DNA from: Candidatus Nanopelagicales bacterium | GTDB lineage: Bacteria; Actinomycetota; Actinomycetes; S36-B12 | Assembly (NCBI GenBank): GCA_028688835.1 | Contig: JAQTXL010000001.1 | Coordinates: 12,328-72,380, forward strand | DNA: 60,053 nt | Direction: 5' to 3' | Notes under the pieces: model-generated | The model's input: the letters and a program-made list of their open reading frames with translations, nothing else | Databases searched by the model: none | Told to the model about the DNA's origin: nothing | Translations under genes and position numbers: made by a program | Shown: one piece after another, positions 10,739-20,049 of the stretch | Numbering within the stretch: position 1 is the stretch's first letter | How the letters are laid out: every line of letters starts with the position of its first letter

Positions 10739-11937
10739 GACGCCTCCTCGCGCTGGAGTTGGAGCCGGACCTCGGTGCCCTGGCCGCTCGACGTGATGAT
10801 CTCGGCCGTCCCGCCGATGCGCTCCATGCGGCCGATGATGGACTCCCGGATCCCGTGTCGGTCACCCGGCACCGCTGCAAGCTCGAAGCCGGCGCCGCGA
10901 TCTCGGACGAACACCTCGACTGCTGCAGGCGTGAGCTCGGCGTAGACGGACACTTCACTGCCCGCATGCTGCGCGGCATTGAGCATCGCCTCGCGGGTGG
11001 CCGCGAGCAACGAGCCCAGCGATGGGTCGATCGCGGCGTCTCCCACGACCACCACCTCGATGCTCGTGGAGAAGGTCGCCTCGACCTCCGCAGCGTCGCG
11101 CTGCAGCCGAGCCGCGAAGGTGCGCTCCGCGTCACCCTGGGGGGCGTAGAGCCACGAGCGCAGGGCGCGCTCCTCGGAGCGGGCCAGGCGCGTGACCTCA
11201 CTGGGGTCATCGGCATTGCGCTGGATCAGCGCGAGGGTCTGCAGCACCGAGTCGTGCACATGCGCCGCGACCTCGGCGCGCTCCTCGGAGCGGATGAATG
11301 CCCGACGCTGCTCCTGCTGGTCACGCACCAGGCGCAGCACCCATGGGTAGGCGACGATCGCCAGGCCAGCGAGCAGCAGCAGCGCCGTGCCGAGCACCTG
11401 CAGGGCCTGCGCCGGGCTGGTGCGATTGACGAGCAGGCCGATCGCGCCGAGCAGCAGCAGGGCCACGCCGATGACCAGGCGCCAGGTGCGCACGGCCGCG
11501 GTCGAGCGCGCCCCCTGACGCGCAGCGCGTGCGGCAGTCGCCGACCACGATGCGCGCTGGTCGTCATCGGCCTGCTGCCAGATCAGCGCGGCGCCGATGA
11601 CCGCGATGATGATCGGGATGACGGCGCCGCTGACGACGTCGGCCCCGATGGCCGCCAGGAAGAGTGCGATGCCGAGCACGATGGCGCCGAGTGCGACCAG
11701 GCGCAGCTGGTTGCGATCACGTGCGCGCGGATCCTCGTCATCCTCGGCCTGCTGCATCGGCAGCGTGGCCCACAGCGCGAGGTAGAGCACGATCCCGATG
11801 CCGCCGGCGATCGCGAGCACGACGAAGGCCAGGCGCACCAGCGCCACGGGCAGGCCGAGATGCTCCGCGAGCCCGCGTGCCACGCCGGCTACCATGCGTC
11901 CGGAGGCGCTCCGGTACGCGCGCACTGCCTGGGCCAT
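10735..11937 (-). CDS. PspC-domain sensor histidine kinase (LiaS/NarX-like HisKA_3 type)
   Basis: The N-terminal PspC motif is GRMVAGVARGLAEHLGLPVALVRLAFVVL, followed by several TM helices. The H-box is VAAHVHDSVLQTL and the ATPase part is VFVRDRGAGF...GQGTEV. 4-nt overlap with the regulator. The ORF opens at 11973, and ATG 11937 (MAQAVRAY) is preferred. Confidence 0.85.
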   Translation of the reverse strand: MAQAVRAYRSASGRMVAGVARGLAEHLGLPVALVRLAFVVLAIAGGIGIVLYLALWATLPMQQAEDDEDPRARDRNQLRLVALGAIVLGIALFLAAIGADVVSGAVIPIIIAVIGAALIWQQADDDQRASWSATAARAARQGARSTAAVRTWRLVIGVALLLLGAIGLLVNRTSPAQALQVLGTALLLLAGLAIVAYPWVLRLVRDQQEQRRAFIRSEERAEVAAHVHDSVLQTLALIQRNADDPSEVTRLARSEERALRSWLYAPQGDAERTFAARLQRDAAEVEATFSTSIEVVVVGDAAIDPSLGSLLAATREAMLNAAQHAGSEVSVYAELTPAAVEVFVRDRGAGFELAAVPGDRHGIRESIIGRMERIGGTAEIITSSGQGTEVRLQLQREEAS

Positions 11938-12005
11938 GCCGTGATCATCCCGCGCAGGGGCGCACGGGCGCATCAGGGGCGCACCCCGAGGTTCACGCCG
12001 GCAAG

Positions 12006-12036
12006 ATCAGGGTGGATTCAGGGTGGTGTCCCTGAT
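12006..12036. promoter_or_regulatory. Direct and inverted repeats in the PspC divergon intergenic region (candidate response-regulator operator)
   Basis: TCAGGGTGG occurs at 12007-12015 and 12018-12026 (11-bp period). ATCAGGG (12006-12012) pairs with CCCTGAT (12030-12036). An additional direct repeat, CAGGGGCGCAC, lies at 11955-11965 and 11974-11984. Confidence 0.35.
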
Positions 12037-12069
12037 GTGCTGGGCCGACGGGTCGGCCACGCTGGAGCC

Positions 12070-13263
12070 ATGACCGAGAACCTCGAACAGGAGCAGGCCG
12101 CACCCGGCGCTGCTGCCCCTGCACCATCCACCGCTGGTGTCCGCGCGCCGCTGCGCCGCAATCGCGATGATCGCGTGCTGGCCGGCGTCGCGTCGGGCTT
12201 CGCCCGCTGGCTGGGCATCGACCCCGTGATCGTGCGCGTCGTGCTCGTCGTGCTGGCGGTGTTCGGCGGCAGCGGGCTCGTGCTCTACCTCATCGGCTGG
12301 CTGCTCATCCCGCTCGAAGGGGAGCAGCGCAGTGAGGCCGAGCGCCTGCTGCGTGAGAATGCCGACATGTCCAGGAGCCGCAAGGTGCTCATCGTCCTGG
12401 GCATCATCGCCGCGCTGATCGTCTTCGGCTCCATCGCCAGTGCCGCCTCGTGGGGCTGGGGCTGGGGTGCCGGCGGCTGGCTGCTCCTGCTCGCAGCCGG
12501 CGGTGTGGTGCTGTGGCTGATCAAGGGCCCGGTTCCGGCCACCGCAGCGCCGTTCACCGCGGCCCAGGATCCCGCGACTGCACCGGCCCCGGAGTCCTTC
12601 GTCCAGGGCGGCGTGGGCGCCTACCCCGGCTACGTCCCAGCGCCCGTCGTGCGCGTGAAGACGCCGCCGTCGTATCTCGGCCTGGCGACCCTCAGCCTGG
12701 CGCTGATCGTCGTGGGCGTGCTCGTGCTGCTCGACCTGTCGACCGATCTCGAGGTCCCGGTGGTAGTCACGCTGGCCAGCGCCCTGGGAGTGCTCGGGCT
12801 CGGGCTGCTCGTGGGGACGGTCGTCGGACGCGCACGGTGGCTGATCTGGCTCGCGACGCCGCTGCTGCTGGTCGCGCTGCTCGTCGCAGCCATCCCGAGC
12901 AATGTGAGCATCGCAGGCGGCGTCGGTGATCGCACGTGGACCCCGACGACGAGTGCAGGCAGCTTCCGGCTCGGCCTGGGCGACGCCACCCTCGACCTGA
13001 GGTCGGTGCCCCTGTCGGCACCGGCGGTGGTCGCGGTCTCGGTCGGCGTGGGTGAGCTTCGCGTGATCGCGCCGAGAGATGCTCGGGTGCAGATCAACGC
13101 GAACGTCGCCCTCGGCGAGATCCATGTGCAGGGCAGGCCAGCGATCAGCGGGTACGACCTGCGCTTCATCGGCGACCTTCCCGGGCTGCTGCCCGAGGAC
13201 GCCCCCGTCATCACGCTGACGACCGACGTCGGCATCGGCAACCTGGAGGTCTCCCGTGGCTAG
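12070..13263 (+). CDS. PspC-domain membrane protein
   Basis: ATG at 12070 (MTENLEQEQ...). The PspC motif is DRVLAGVASGFARWLGIDPVIVRVVLVVLAVFGG, followed by multiple TM helices. Only the last 397 codons of the 834-aa ORF 10759-13263 are credible, because the remainder is antisense to the kinase. Confidence 0.8.
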   Translation: MTENLEQEQAAPGAAAPAPSTAGVRAPLRRNRDDRVLAGVASGFARWLGIDPVIVRVVLVVLAVFGGSGLVLYLIGWLLIPLEGEQRSEAERLLRENADMSRSRKVLIVLGIIAALIVFGSIASAASWGWGWGAGGWLLLLAAGGVVLWLIKGPVPATAAPFTAAQDPATAPAPESFVQGGVGAYPGYVPAPVVRVKTPPSYLGLATLSLALIVVGVLVLLDLSTDLEVPVVVTLASALGVLGLGLLVGTVVGRARWLIWLATPLLLVALLVAAIPSNVSIAGGVGDRTWTPTTSAGSFRLGLGDATLDLRSVPLSAPAVVAVSVGVGELRVIAPRDARVQINANVALGEIHVQGRPAISGYDLRFIGDLPGLLPEDAPVITLTTDVGIGNLEVSRG

Positions 13264-13492
13264 GCATCGCATCGACCTGATCTCACTGCTCGCCGGCATC
13301 GCCTTCACGGCTGCTGCGGTGGTGCTCGTGCTGACGGCAGTCACCGACGTGACACTGGATGCCAGGCTCGCGCTGCCCATCGGGCTCGTGGCCCTGGGCG
13401 TGCTCGGGCTGGTGGGCTCGCTCCTCGCGCAGCGCGGCGCCGGCCGCGAGCACGACCCGGTGAGCACCGAGGGCCCTGCCACCAGCCCCTGA
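13256..13492 (+). CDS. Small two-helix membrane protein co-located with the PspC gene
   Basis: 78-aa ORF with a GTG start overlapping the PspC gene end by 8 nt. Two hydrophobic helices and G/C-rich third codon positions. Confidence 0.45.
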   Translation: MARHRIDLISLLAGIAFTAAAVVLVLTAVTDVTLDARLALPIGLVALGVLGLVGSLLAQRGAGREHDPVSTEGPATSP

Positions 13493-13507
13493 CCGACCGT
13501 GGCGGGA

Positions 13508-13525
13508 GTAATGCAGATGCATTAC
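13508..13525. promoter_or_regulatory. Perfect palindrome GTAATGCA-GA-TGCATTAC upstream of prlF (candidate antitoxin operator)
   Basis: Read directly. It lies about 28 nt upstream of the ATG at 13554 and just before a GGAGG Shine-Dalgarno at 13544-13548. Confidence 0.5.
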
Positions 13526-13553
13526 CATGGGTGCCACACGAGTGGAGGCCGTC

Positions 13554-13877
13554 ATGAGCATCATCGAGTCCGAGTCGACGCTCACCGACCGCTACCAGAC
13601 CACGGTCCCCGAGGCCGTGCGCCGGGCACTGCACCTCAGCAAGCGTGATCGCATCCACTATGCGATCGAGGCAGACGGGCGCGTGGTGCTCACGCGCGCC
13701 GAGTCCGCGGTCGAGGATGCGGCCCTCACCGCCTTCCTCGCGTTCCTGGCCGACGACATCACCCAGCACCCGGAGCGTCTCACCGCCATCGATCAGGCGC
13801 TCGCCGATCGGCTCATCGCGCTCACTGCGGAGGTGGTCGTCGACCTCGACGCTGCGCTCCCGTCGGGCGATGCGTGA
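13554..13877 (+). CDS. prlF: Type II antitoxin, PrlF (SohA) family, AbrB/SpoVT-like
   Basis: MSIIESESTLTDRYQTTVPEAVRRALHLSKRDRIHYAIEADGRVVLTRA parallels E. coli PrlF (..SKVTIRGQTTIPAPVREALKLKPG.DSIHYEI..). The ORF opens at 13527, but ATG 13554 has the SD. 4-nt overlap with the toxin gene. Confidence 0.8.
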   Translation: MSIIESESTLTDRYQTTVPEAVRRALHLSKRDRIHYAIEADGRVVLTRAESAVEDAALTAFLAFLADDITQHPERLTAIDQALADRLIALTAEVVVDLDAALPSGDA

Positions 13878-14374
13878 CGCGACGCCCTCCGGTGGCGCAG
13901 CACGGCTGGGCGCTGTACGCACACCCGCTGTTCCTCGATCAGCTCGAGACGCTGATCACCGAGGTCGATGCACAGCGAGATCGGGATCCGGTGGGGTACC
14001 GCTCGACGAACGCGGCGCAGCGGCTCGCTGCCATCCGACGTCTCATCCTCGAGGTCATCCCCGAAGACCCGACGCGTGCTGAGTACCGGCAGGGCACCAC
14101 GCTCGGGGATGCGCACACCCACTGGTTCCGAGCCACGTTCTTCCAGCAGTACCGGTTGTTCTTCCGCTACCACTCCGCTGCGCGCATCATCGTCTACGGC
14201 GGGGTCAACGACAGCACGACCAAGCGGGCCTGCGGCAGCTCGACCGATGCCTACCGCGTGTTCCGCTTGATGCTCGACAGCGGCCACCCGCCCACCGACT
14301 GGGATGCGCTCATCTCCCAGGCCTCTGCGCTCGAGGACTCAGGCACGGTTGCGCCGCCCCGGGCCGTGGACTGA
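13874..14374 (+). CDS. yhaV: Type II toxin, YhaV-family ribonuclease
   Basis: GWALYAHPLFLDQLETLITEV, YRLFFRY, TDAYRVFRLMLDSGHPPTDWDAL closely track E. coli YhaV (GWALYAHPCFQETYDALV.., YRLFFRY, TDAYTVFSKMLKRGHPPADWETL). Confidence 0.85.
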   Translation: MTRRPPVAQHGWALYAHPLFLDQLETLITEVDAQRDRDPVGYRSTNAAQRLAAIRRLILEVIPEDPTRAEYRQGTTLGDAHTHWFRATFFQQYRLFFRYHSAARIIVYGGVNDSTTKRACGSSTDAYRVFRLMLDSGHPPTDWDALISQASALEDSGTVAPPRAVD

Positions 14375-14413
14375 GGCACGCAAGCGCGTTCCTGCGCAGC
14401 CGCAGCCGCCGAC

Positions 14414-15261
14414 TCAGCGAGCAGTCGTGCGCTTGTACTTGCGGATCGACAGCGTCGCGAAGACCGCGATCACGACCGCGCACGAGACCAGCGTGTAGAG
14501 CTGCGGGTGCTGCAGTGACCAGTAGTCAGGCTGGATGCCGGTCGGGTTGCCGAACAGCTCGCGCGTTGCCAGCACGAGCGTCGACACCGGATTGAATGCA
14601 GCGATCGGCTGCAGCCAGTCGGGCATCGAGCTGAGCGGCACGAACGCGTTCGACAGGAACGTGAGCGGGAACAGCCAGATCAGGCCGGCAGTGCTGGCGG
14701 TCTCGACGTTCGGCATCGCCAGGCCGATAGCCGCCCCGACCCACGAGACCGTGTACGCGAAGATCAGCAGCAGGCAGTAGGCCCACACCGCGTTCCAGAA
14801 CCCGCCGGTGATGCGCCACCCGACGAGCAGACCGGTGATGCTCAGCACCGCGAGCACCAGGATCTGGCGGGCCGCGTCGGCGAAGGTGCGCCCGATGAGC
14901 ACGGCACCGCTGGCCATCGGCAGTGAGCGGAAGCGATCGATCAGCCCGGTGGACATGGCCTCGGCCATGCCCACGGTGCTCGCGGCCGCAGCGAAGGCCA
15001 CGGTCTGCCCGAAGATGCCGGGCATCAGGTAGTTGCGGTAGACCATCGCCGCGTCCTCGCCCATGAGTGCGGCGCCGGCCACGGGGATCGCGCCGCCGAA
15101 CACGAAGGCGAAGAGCAGCACGAACATCACCGGCTGCACGAGTGAGAAGAACATGAGCTCGGGCACGCGCAGGGTCTGCACGAGGCTGTAGCGCGAGACC
15201 ACCGCGCCGTCGGCGACGTTCCAGCCGAACAGCGGACGCCTGCGCGTCGGAATCGTCGTCG

Positions 15262-15265
<4 letters not shown>
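14414..15265 (-). CDS. ABC-2 type exporter permease (DrrB-like)
   Basis: 283 aa with six hydrophobic segments, typical ABC-2 architecture. 4-nt overlap with the upstream ATPase gene. Confidence 0.8.
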
Positions 15266-16245
<980 letters not shown>

Positions 16246-16367
16246 GCGGGCGACAGTAAGGGAACCCTGAGCACAGGCACAACCGACGTGCCGGGCCCTG
16301 CACCGCGAGCAGGTCGCAGCACTGCCGAAGCGCTGATCGCTCCGGGTCGTTCAGGCGACTGAGTTAG

Positions 16368-17753
16368 ATGGTGTGCATGCAGTCGACACCCCGCACCAGG
16401 CTTCGCGCCGCAGGCCTGGTGCTGACGGCGACTGCCGGCGCGGTTGCCGTGCTCGTGATCATCGGCGAGCTGTTCGAGAACCTGCCCTCGCCGCTGCCCG
16501 GCAACTGGTGCGACATGTCAGTGATCAGCGCCGTCGCGGTCATGCTGCTCGGGTGCAGCATCCTCTGCGGCGAATTCCAGGCCCGGGTGACGAGAGCCTG
16601 CGGCATGATCGCCGCGGGATTGGTCCTGATCATGTCCGCGGCATCGCTCCTGGGTCACCTCGGAACGGCGAACCCCGAAGCCGCCCAGGCTTGCAGTGCG
16701 GCGCCCGACTACCGCCTGGACTCGATGTCGGATCCGGCGGCACTGTGGTGCGGCATGTTCGCCGTGCTCATGCTCATCTCGCGGTCGCGGTCGCGGTCGC
16801 GGTCGCGGTCGACGATGCGCGACCGCACGAGCACCGTGCTCGCAGTGGTGCTGCTCCTGAGCGCCTATGTGATCGTCTTCGCGCAGGTGTTCGCTGCGCC
16901 GTCCCTCACCACGATCGGCAAGTCGCCGACATCTGCCTATGTCACCGTCTGCGTGGCACTCCTGCTCACGGGCTGGGCGCTGCTCCAAGTGGCGTCAGGG
17001 CGGTGGCCTGCAGTCACCGAGCGGACCATCGCAGGCTCGCTGCTGCGCCAGAGCCTGCCGTTCCTCCTGCTCGTGCCCGTCGTCGTCGCGACGCTCGCTG
17101 ATCGCACGGTCTCCTGGACCGGGCTGTCCAGCGCAGGCGTGCTGACGATCGCAGCGACCCTCACCTCGGTGATCCTGTTCATCCTGATGCTGCGCGTCGT
17201 CGCCGCCGTCGGGCGCGTGGAGGACGAGCTTCGCGAACGGGCGCATGCCGATGCGATGACGGGCCTGGCGAACTCCTGGTCCTTCGGTCTGCTCGCAGGT
17301 CAGCTCCTCTCGCAGGCTCGGCGCTTGGGAGCCCCGGTCAGCGTCATCTTCATGGACCTCGACGGGCTCAAGGCGATCAATGACACCCACGGCCACGATG
17401 CAGGCTCCAGGGCGATCGCCGACTTCGCCCAGGTGCTCAGCGCCACCGCGAGGGACGGTGATCTCGCCGCCCGGGTCGGGGGAGACGAGTTCGTCCTGCT
17501 GGTGATCGCCGATGCCGGCACCGCCGCCGGGATCCTGGCTCGGGTCCGCGAGTCGATCCGGGCGCTCAATGCCGAGCGCGACATCCCGATCCAGTTCAGT
17601 GCCGGGGTCGCATCAGCCGATCCCGACCTGCCGATCGAGTCGCTGGTCAGGGCGGCCGACCTGCGCATGTACGAGGAGAAGGAACGCCATCGTCGCGAGG
17701 GTGGGTCCAAGATCACAGGGATCGAGGCGCGAGACCACCTGCAGGGTGAGTAG
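16368..17753 (+). CDS. Membrane-anchored diguanylate cyclase (multi-TM sensor + GGDEF)
   Basis: The GGDEF domain carries an intact [10 protein letters not shown] and an RxxD I-site (RDGD) five residues upstream. About 8 TM helices N-terminally. The start may be ATG 16377. Confidence 0.88.
   Translation: MVCMQSTPRTRLRAAGLVLTATAGAVAVLVIIGELFENLPSPLPGNWCDMSVISAVAVMLLGCSILCGEFQARVTRACGMIAAGLVLIMSAASLLGHLGTANPEAAQACSAAPDYRLDSMSDPAALWCGMFAVLMLISRSRSRSRSRSTMRDRTSTVLAVVLLLSAYVIVFAQVFAAPSLTTIGKSPTSAYVTVCVALLLTGWALLQVASGRWPAVTERTIAGSLLRQSLPFLLLVPVVVATLADRTVSWTGLSSAGVLTIAATLTSVILFILMLRVVAAVGRVEDELRERAHADAMTGLANSWSFGLLAGQLLSQARRLGAPVSVIFMDLDGLKAINDTHGHDAGSRAIADFAQVLSATARDGDLAARVGGDEFVLLVIADAGTAAGILARVRESIRALNAERDIPIQFSAGVASADPDLPIESLVRAADLRMYEEKERHRREGGSKITGIEARDHLQGE
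16779..16811 (+). repeat. Hexanucleotide microsatellite (TCGCGG)x5.5 inside the GGDEF gene, encoding (SR)n
   Basis: tcgcgg tcgcgg tcgcgg tcgcgg tcgcgg tcg was read directly. It translates as [11 protein letters not shown] in a loop between TM helices. Confidence 0.95.
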
Positions 17754-17829
17754 GCTCGGTGCGCTCGGTTGCAGTCTGCCGAGATCCGCTCTGCCATCGC
17801 GTCATCCCGCATCGCAAAAGGAGTCCTGC

Positions 17830-19017
17830 GTGGACCTGTACGAGTACCAAGCAAAGCAGCTCTTCGAGGCGCATCAAGTCCCGACCACTCCCGGTGAAGT
17901 GGCCACGACGCCCGATGCAGCCCATGAGATCGCCCGCAAGATCGGCACCCAGGTGGTCGTCAAGGCCCAGGTGAAGACCGGTGGCCGCGGCAAGGCCGGC
18001 GGCGTGAAGCTCGCTGAGACCCCCGATGACGCCAAGGAGAAGGCCACCGCCATCCTGGGCATGGACATCAAGGGCCACACGGTGCACCGCATCCTCGTCG
18101 CCGAGGCAAGCGACATCGCCGAGGAGTACTACGTGTCCTTCCTGCTCGACCGCACGAACCGCACCTTCCTGGCGATGGCCAGCGTCGAGGGCGGTGTCGA
18201 GATCGAGGAGGTCGCGGTCAGCAACCCCGATGCGCTCGCGATGATCCGCGTCGATGCGCTCGAGGGCTGCACCGAGGCCAAGGCCCGCGAGATCGTGGCC
18301 GCCGCGAAGTTCGACGATGCGATCGCCGACCAGGTCGTCGCGATCCTGCTGAAGCTCTGGGACGTCTTCGTCAAGGAGGACGCCACCCTCGTGGAGGTCA
18401 ACCCGCTCGTGCTCACCCCGACGGGCACCGTGCTGGCGCTCGACGGCAAGGTCACGATCGACGACAACGCGGCCTTCCGCCACCTGTCGCACGCCGACCT
18501 CGTCGACCGTGAGGCCACTGACCCGATCGAGCTGCGCGCAGCCGAGTTCGACCTCAACTACGTCAAGCTCCAGGGCGAGGTCGGCATCATCGGCAACGGC
18601 GCTGGCCTGGTCATGAGCACCCTCGACGTCGTCGCCTACGCAGGCGAGGAGTTCGGCGGCGTTCGTCCGGCCAACTTCCTGGACATCGGCGGCGGCGCGA
18701 GCGCTGAGGTCATGGCCAACGGCCTCGACATCATCCTCAACGACCCCGAGGTCGAGTCGGTGTTCGTGAACGTCTTCGGCGGCATCACCTCGTGTGACGC
18801 CGTCGCCAACGGCATCCTGCAGGCCTTGGAGATGCTGGAGTCCAAGGGCGCCACGCTGACCAAGCCGATCGTCGCGCGCATCGATGGCAACAACGCGATC
18901 GAGGGTCGCGCCATCCTGACCAACGCGAACCACCCACTCATCGAAATGGTCGAGACCATGGACGATGCCGCGCGTCGTGCTGCAGAGCTTGCAGCCGCTC
19001 GCAAGGCCGGAAAGTAG
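17830..19017 (+). CDS. sucC: Succinate--CoA ligase (ADP-forming) beta subunit
   Basis: GTG at 17830 gives [15 protein letters not shown], the canonical SucC N-terminus, and it is preceded by AAAGGAG. The upstream part of the 501-aa ORF overlaps the GGDEF gene and was rejected. Confidence 0.95.
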   Translation: MDLYEYQAKQLFEAHQVPTTPGEVATTPDAAHEIARKIGTQVVVKAQVKTGGRGKAGGVKLAETPDDAKEKATAILGMDIKGHTVHRILVAEASDIAEEYYVSFLLDRTNRTFLAMASVEGGVEIEEVAVSNPDALAMIRVDALEGCTEAKAREIVAAAKFDDAIADQVVAILLKLWDVFVKEDATLVEVNPLVLTPTGTVLALDGKVTIDDNAAFRHLSHADLVDREATDPIELRAAEFDLNYVKLQGEVGIIGNGAGLVMSTLDVVAYAGEEFGGVRPANFLDIGGGASAEVMANGLDIILNDPEVESVFVNVFGGITSCDAVANGILQALEMLESKGATLTKPIVARIDGNNAIEGRAILTNANHPLIEMVETMDDAARRAAELAAARKAGK

Positions 19018-19029
19018 AGGCAGACGAAC

Positions 19030-19902
19030 ATGGCTATTTGGCTCAACAGCGACAGCAAGATCCTCGTGCAGGGCATGACCGGCTCCGAGGGCACCAAGCA
19101 CACCCGCCGCATGGTCGCCTCCGGCGCCAACGTGGTCGCCGGCGTCACGCCGGGCAAGGCTGGCCAGGATCTCGATGGCATCCCGATCTTCAACAGCGTG
19201 GGTGACGCGATGGCCGCCACGGGCGCCAATGTCAGCGTCGTCTTCGTGCCGCCGAAGTTCGCGATCGGCGCCGTCGAGGAGGCCGTCAACGCCCAGATCG
19301 GCCTGGCCGTCATCATCACCGAGGGCATCCCGGTGCACGACACTGCGAAGTTCTTCCAGTTCTCGCAGAACTCGGGCAAGACGCGCCTCATCGGCCCGAA
19401 CTGCCCCGGCATCATCACGCCGGGCGTCTCGAACGCGGGCATCATCCCGTCCGACATCACCAAGCCCGGCCGCATCGGCCTGGTCTCGAAGTCGGGCACG
19501 CTGACCTACCAGATGATGTACGAGCTGCGCGACATCGGCTTCAGCACCTGCGTCGGCATCGGTGGCGATCCCATCATCGGCACCACGCATATCGACGCAC
19601 TCCAGGCGTTCCAGGATGACCCGGACACCGACGCGATCGTGATGATCGGCGAGATCGGCGGCGACGCCGAGGAGCGTGCTGCCGCCTACATCGGCGAGCA
19701 CATCACCAAGCCGGTCGTCGGCTACGTGGCCGGCTTCACCGCTCCTGAGGGCAAGACCATGGGCCACGCCGGCGCCATCGTGTCGGGCTCGTCGGGCACG
19801 GCAGCGGCCAAGCAGGAGGCTCTCGAGGCCGTGGGCGTCAAGGTCGGCAAGACGCCGAGCGCCACGGCTCGCCTCATGCGCGAGATCATGACCAAGGGCT
19901 AG
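19030..19902 (+). CDS. sucD: Succinate--CoA ligase alpha subunit
   Basis: [11 protein letters not shown], the CoA-binding motifs, the catalytic His region GHAGAIVSG. Confidence 0.96.
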   Translation: MAIWLNSDSKILVQGMTGSEGTKHTRRMVASGANVVAGVTPGKAGQDLDGIPIFNSVGDAMAATGANVSVVFVPPKFAIGAVEEAVNAQIGLAVIITEGIPVHDTAKFFQFSQNSGKTRLIGPNCPGIITPGVSNAGIIPSDITKPGRIGLVSKSGTLTYQMMYELRDIGFSTCVGIGGDPIIGTTHIDALQAFQDDPDTDAIVMIGEIGGDAEERAAAYIGEHITKPVVGYVAGFTAPEGKTMGHAGAIVSGSSGTAAAKQEALEAVGVKVGKTPSATARLMREIMTKG

Positions 19903-19919
19903 TCAGCCCAGCGGTACTC

Positions 19920-19955
19920 CTGAGGGCGGTCAGTGGCGACACTGGCCGCCCTCAG
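19920..19955 (+). terminator. Stem-loop after sucD (16-bp stem with one G-U pair, GCGA loop)
   Basis: CTGAGGGCGGTCAGTG-GCGA-CACTGGCCGCCCTCAG was read directly. No clear U-tract, as is common in high-GC actinobacteria. Confidence 0.5.
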
Positions 19956-20049
19956 TCGTGCCTGCGCTGTGACCGGTCACTCGGCCGAAGTCAGGACGTT
20001 CGGACGCCCACGGACCTGTGCATGAGCGCTAGCCTCAGGCCTAGACGAC

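Noticed and set aside
10759-12069. N-terminal 437 codons of the 834-aa plus-strand ORF 10759-13263.
   Set aside because: This part is antisense to the PspC-domain histidine kinase and has no family features. The PspC-domain protein begins credibly at ATG 12070.
16779-16811. Possibility that the regular TCGCGG repeats represent a CRISPR-like array.
   Set aside because: The unit is only 6 nt with no spacers, and the tract lies in frame within a coding region. It is a microsatellite.
17512-17829. Upstream extension of the sucC ORF (the 501-aa version).
   Set aside because: It overlaps the 3' end of the GGDEF gene in another frame. The canonical SucC N-terminus (VDLYEYQAK) starts at GTG 17830, behind an AAAGGAG ribosome-binding site.
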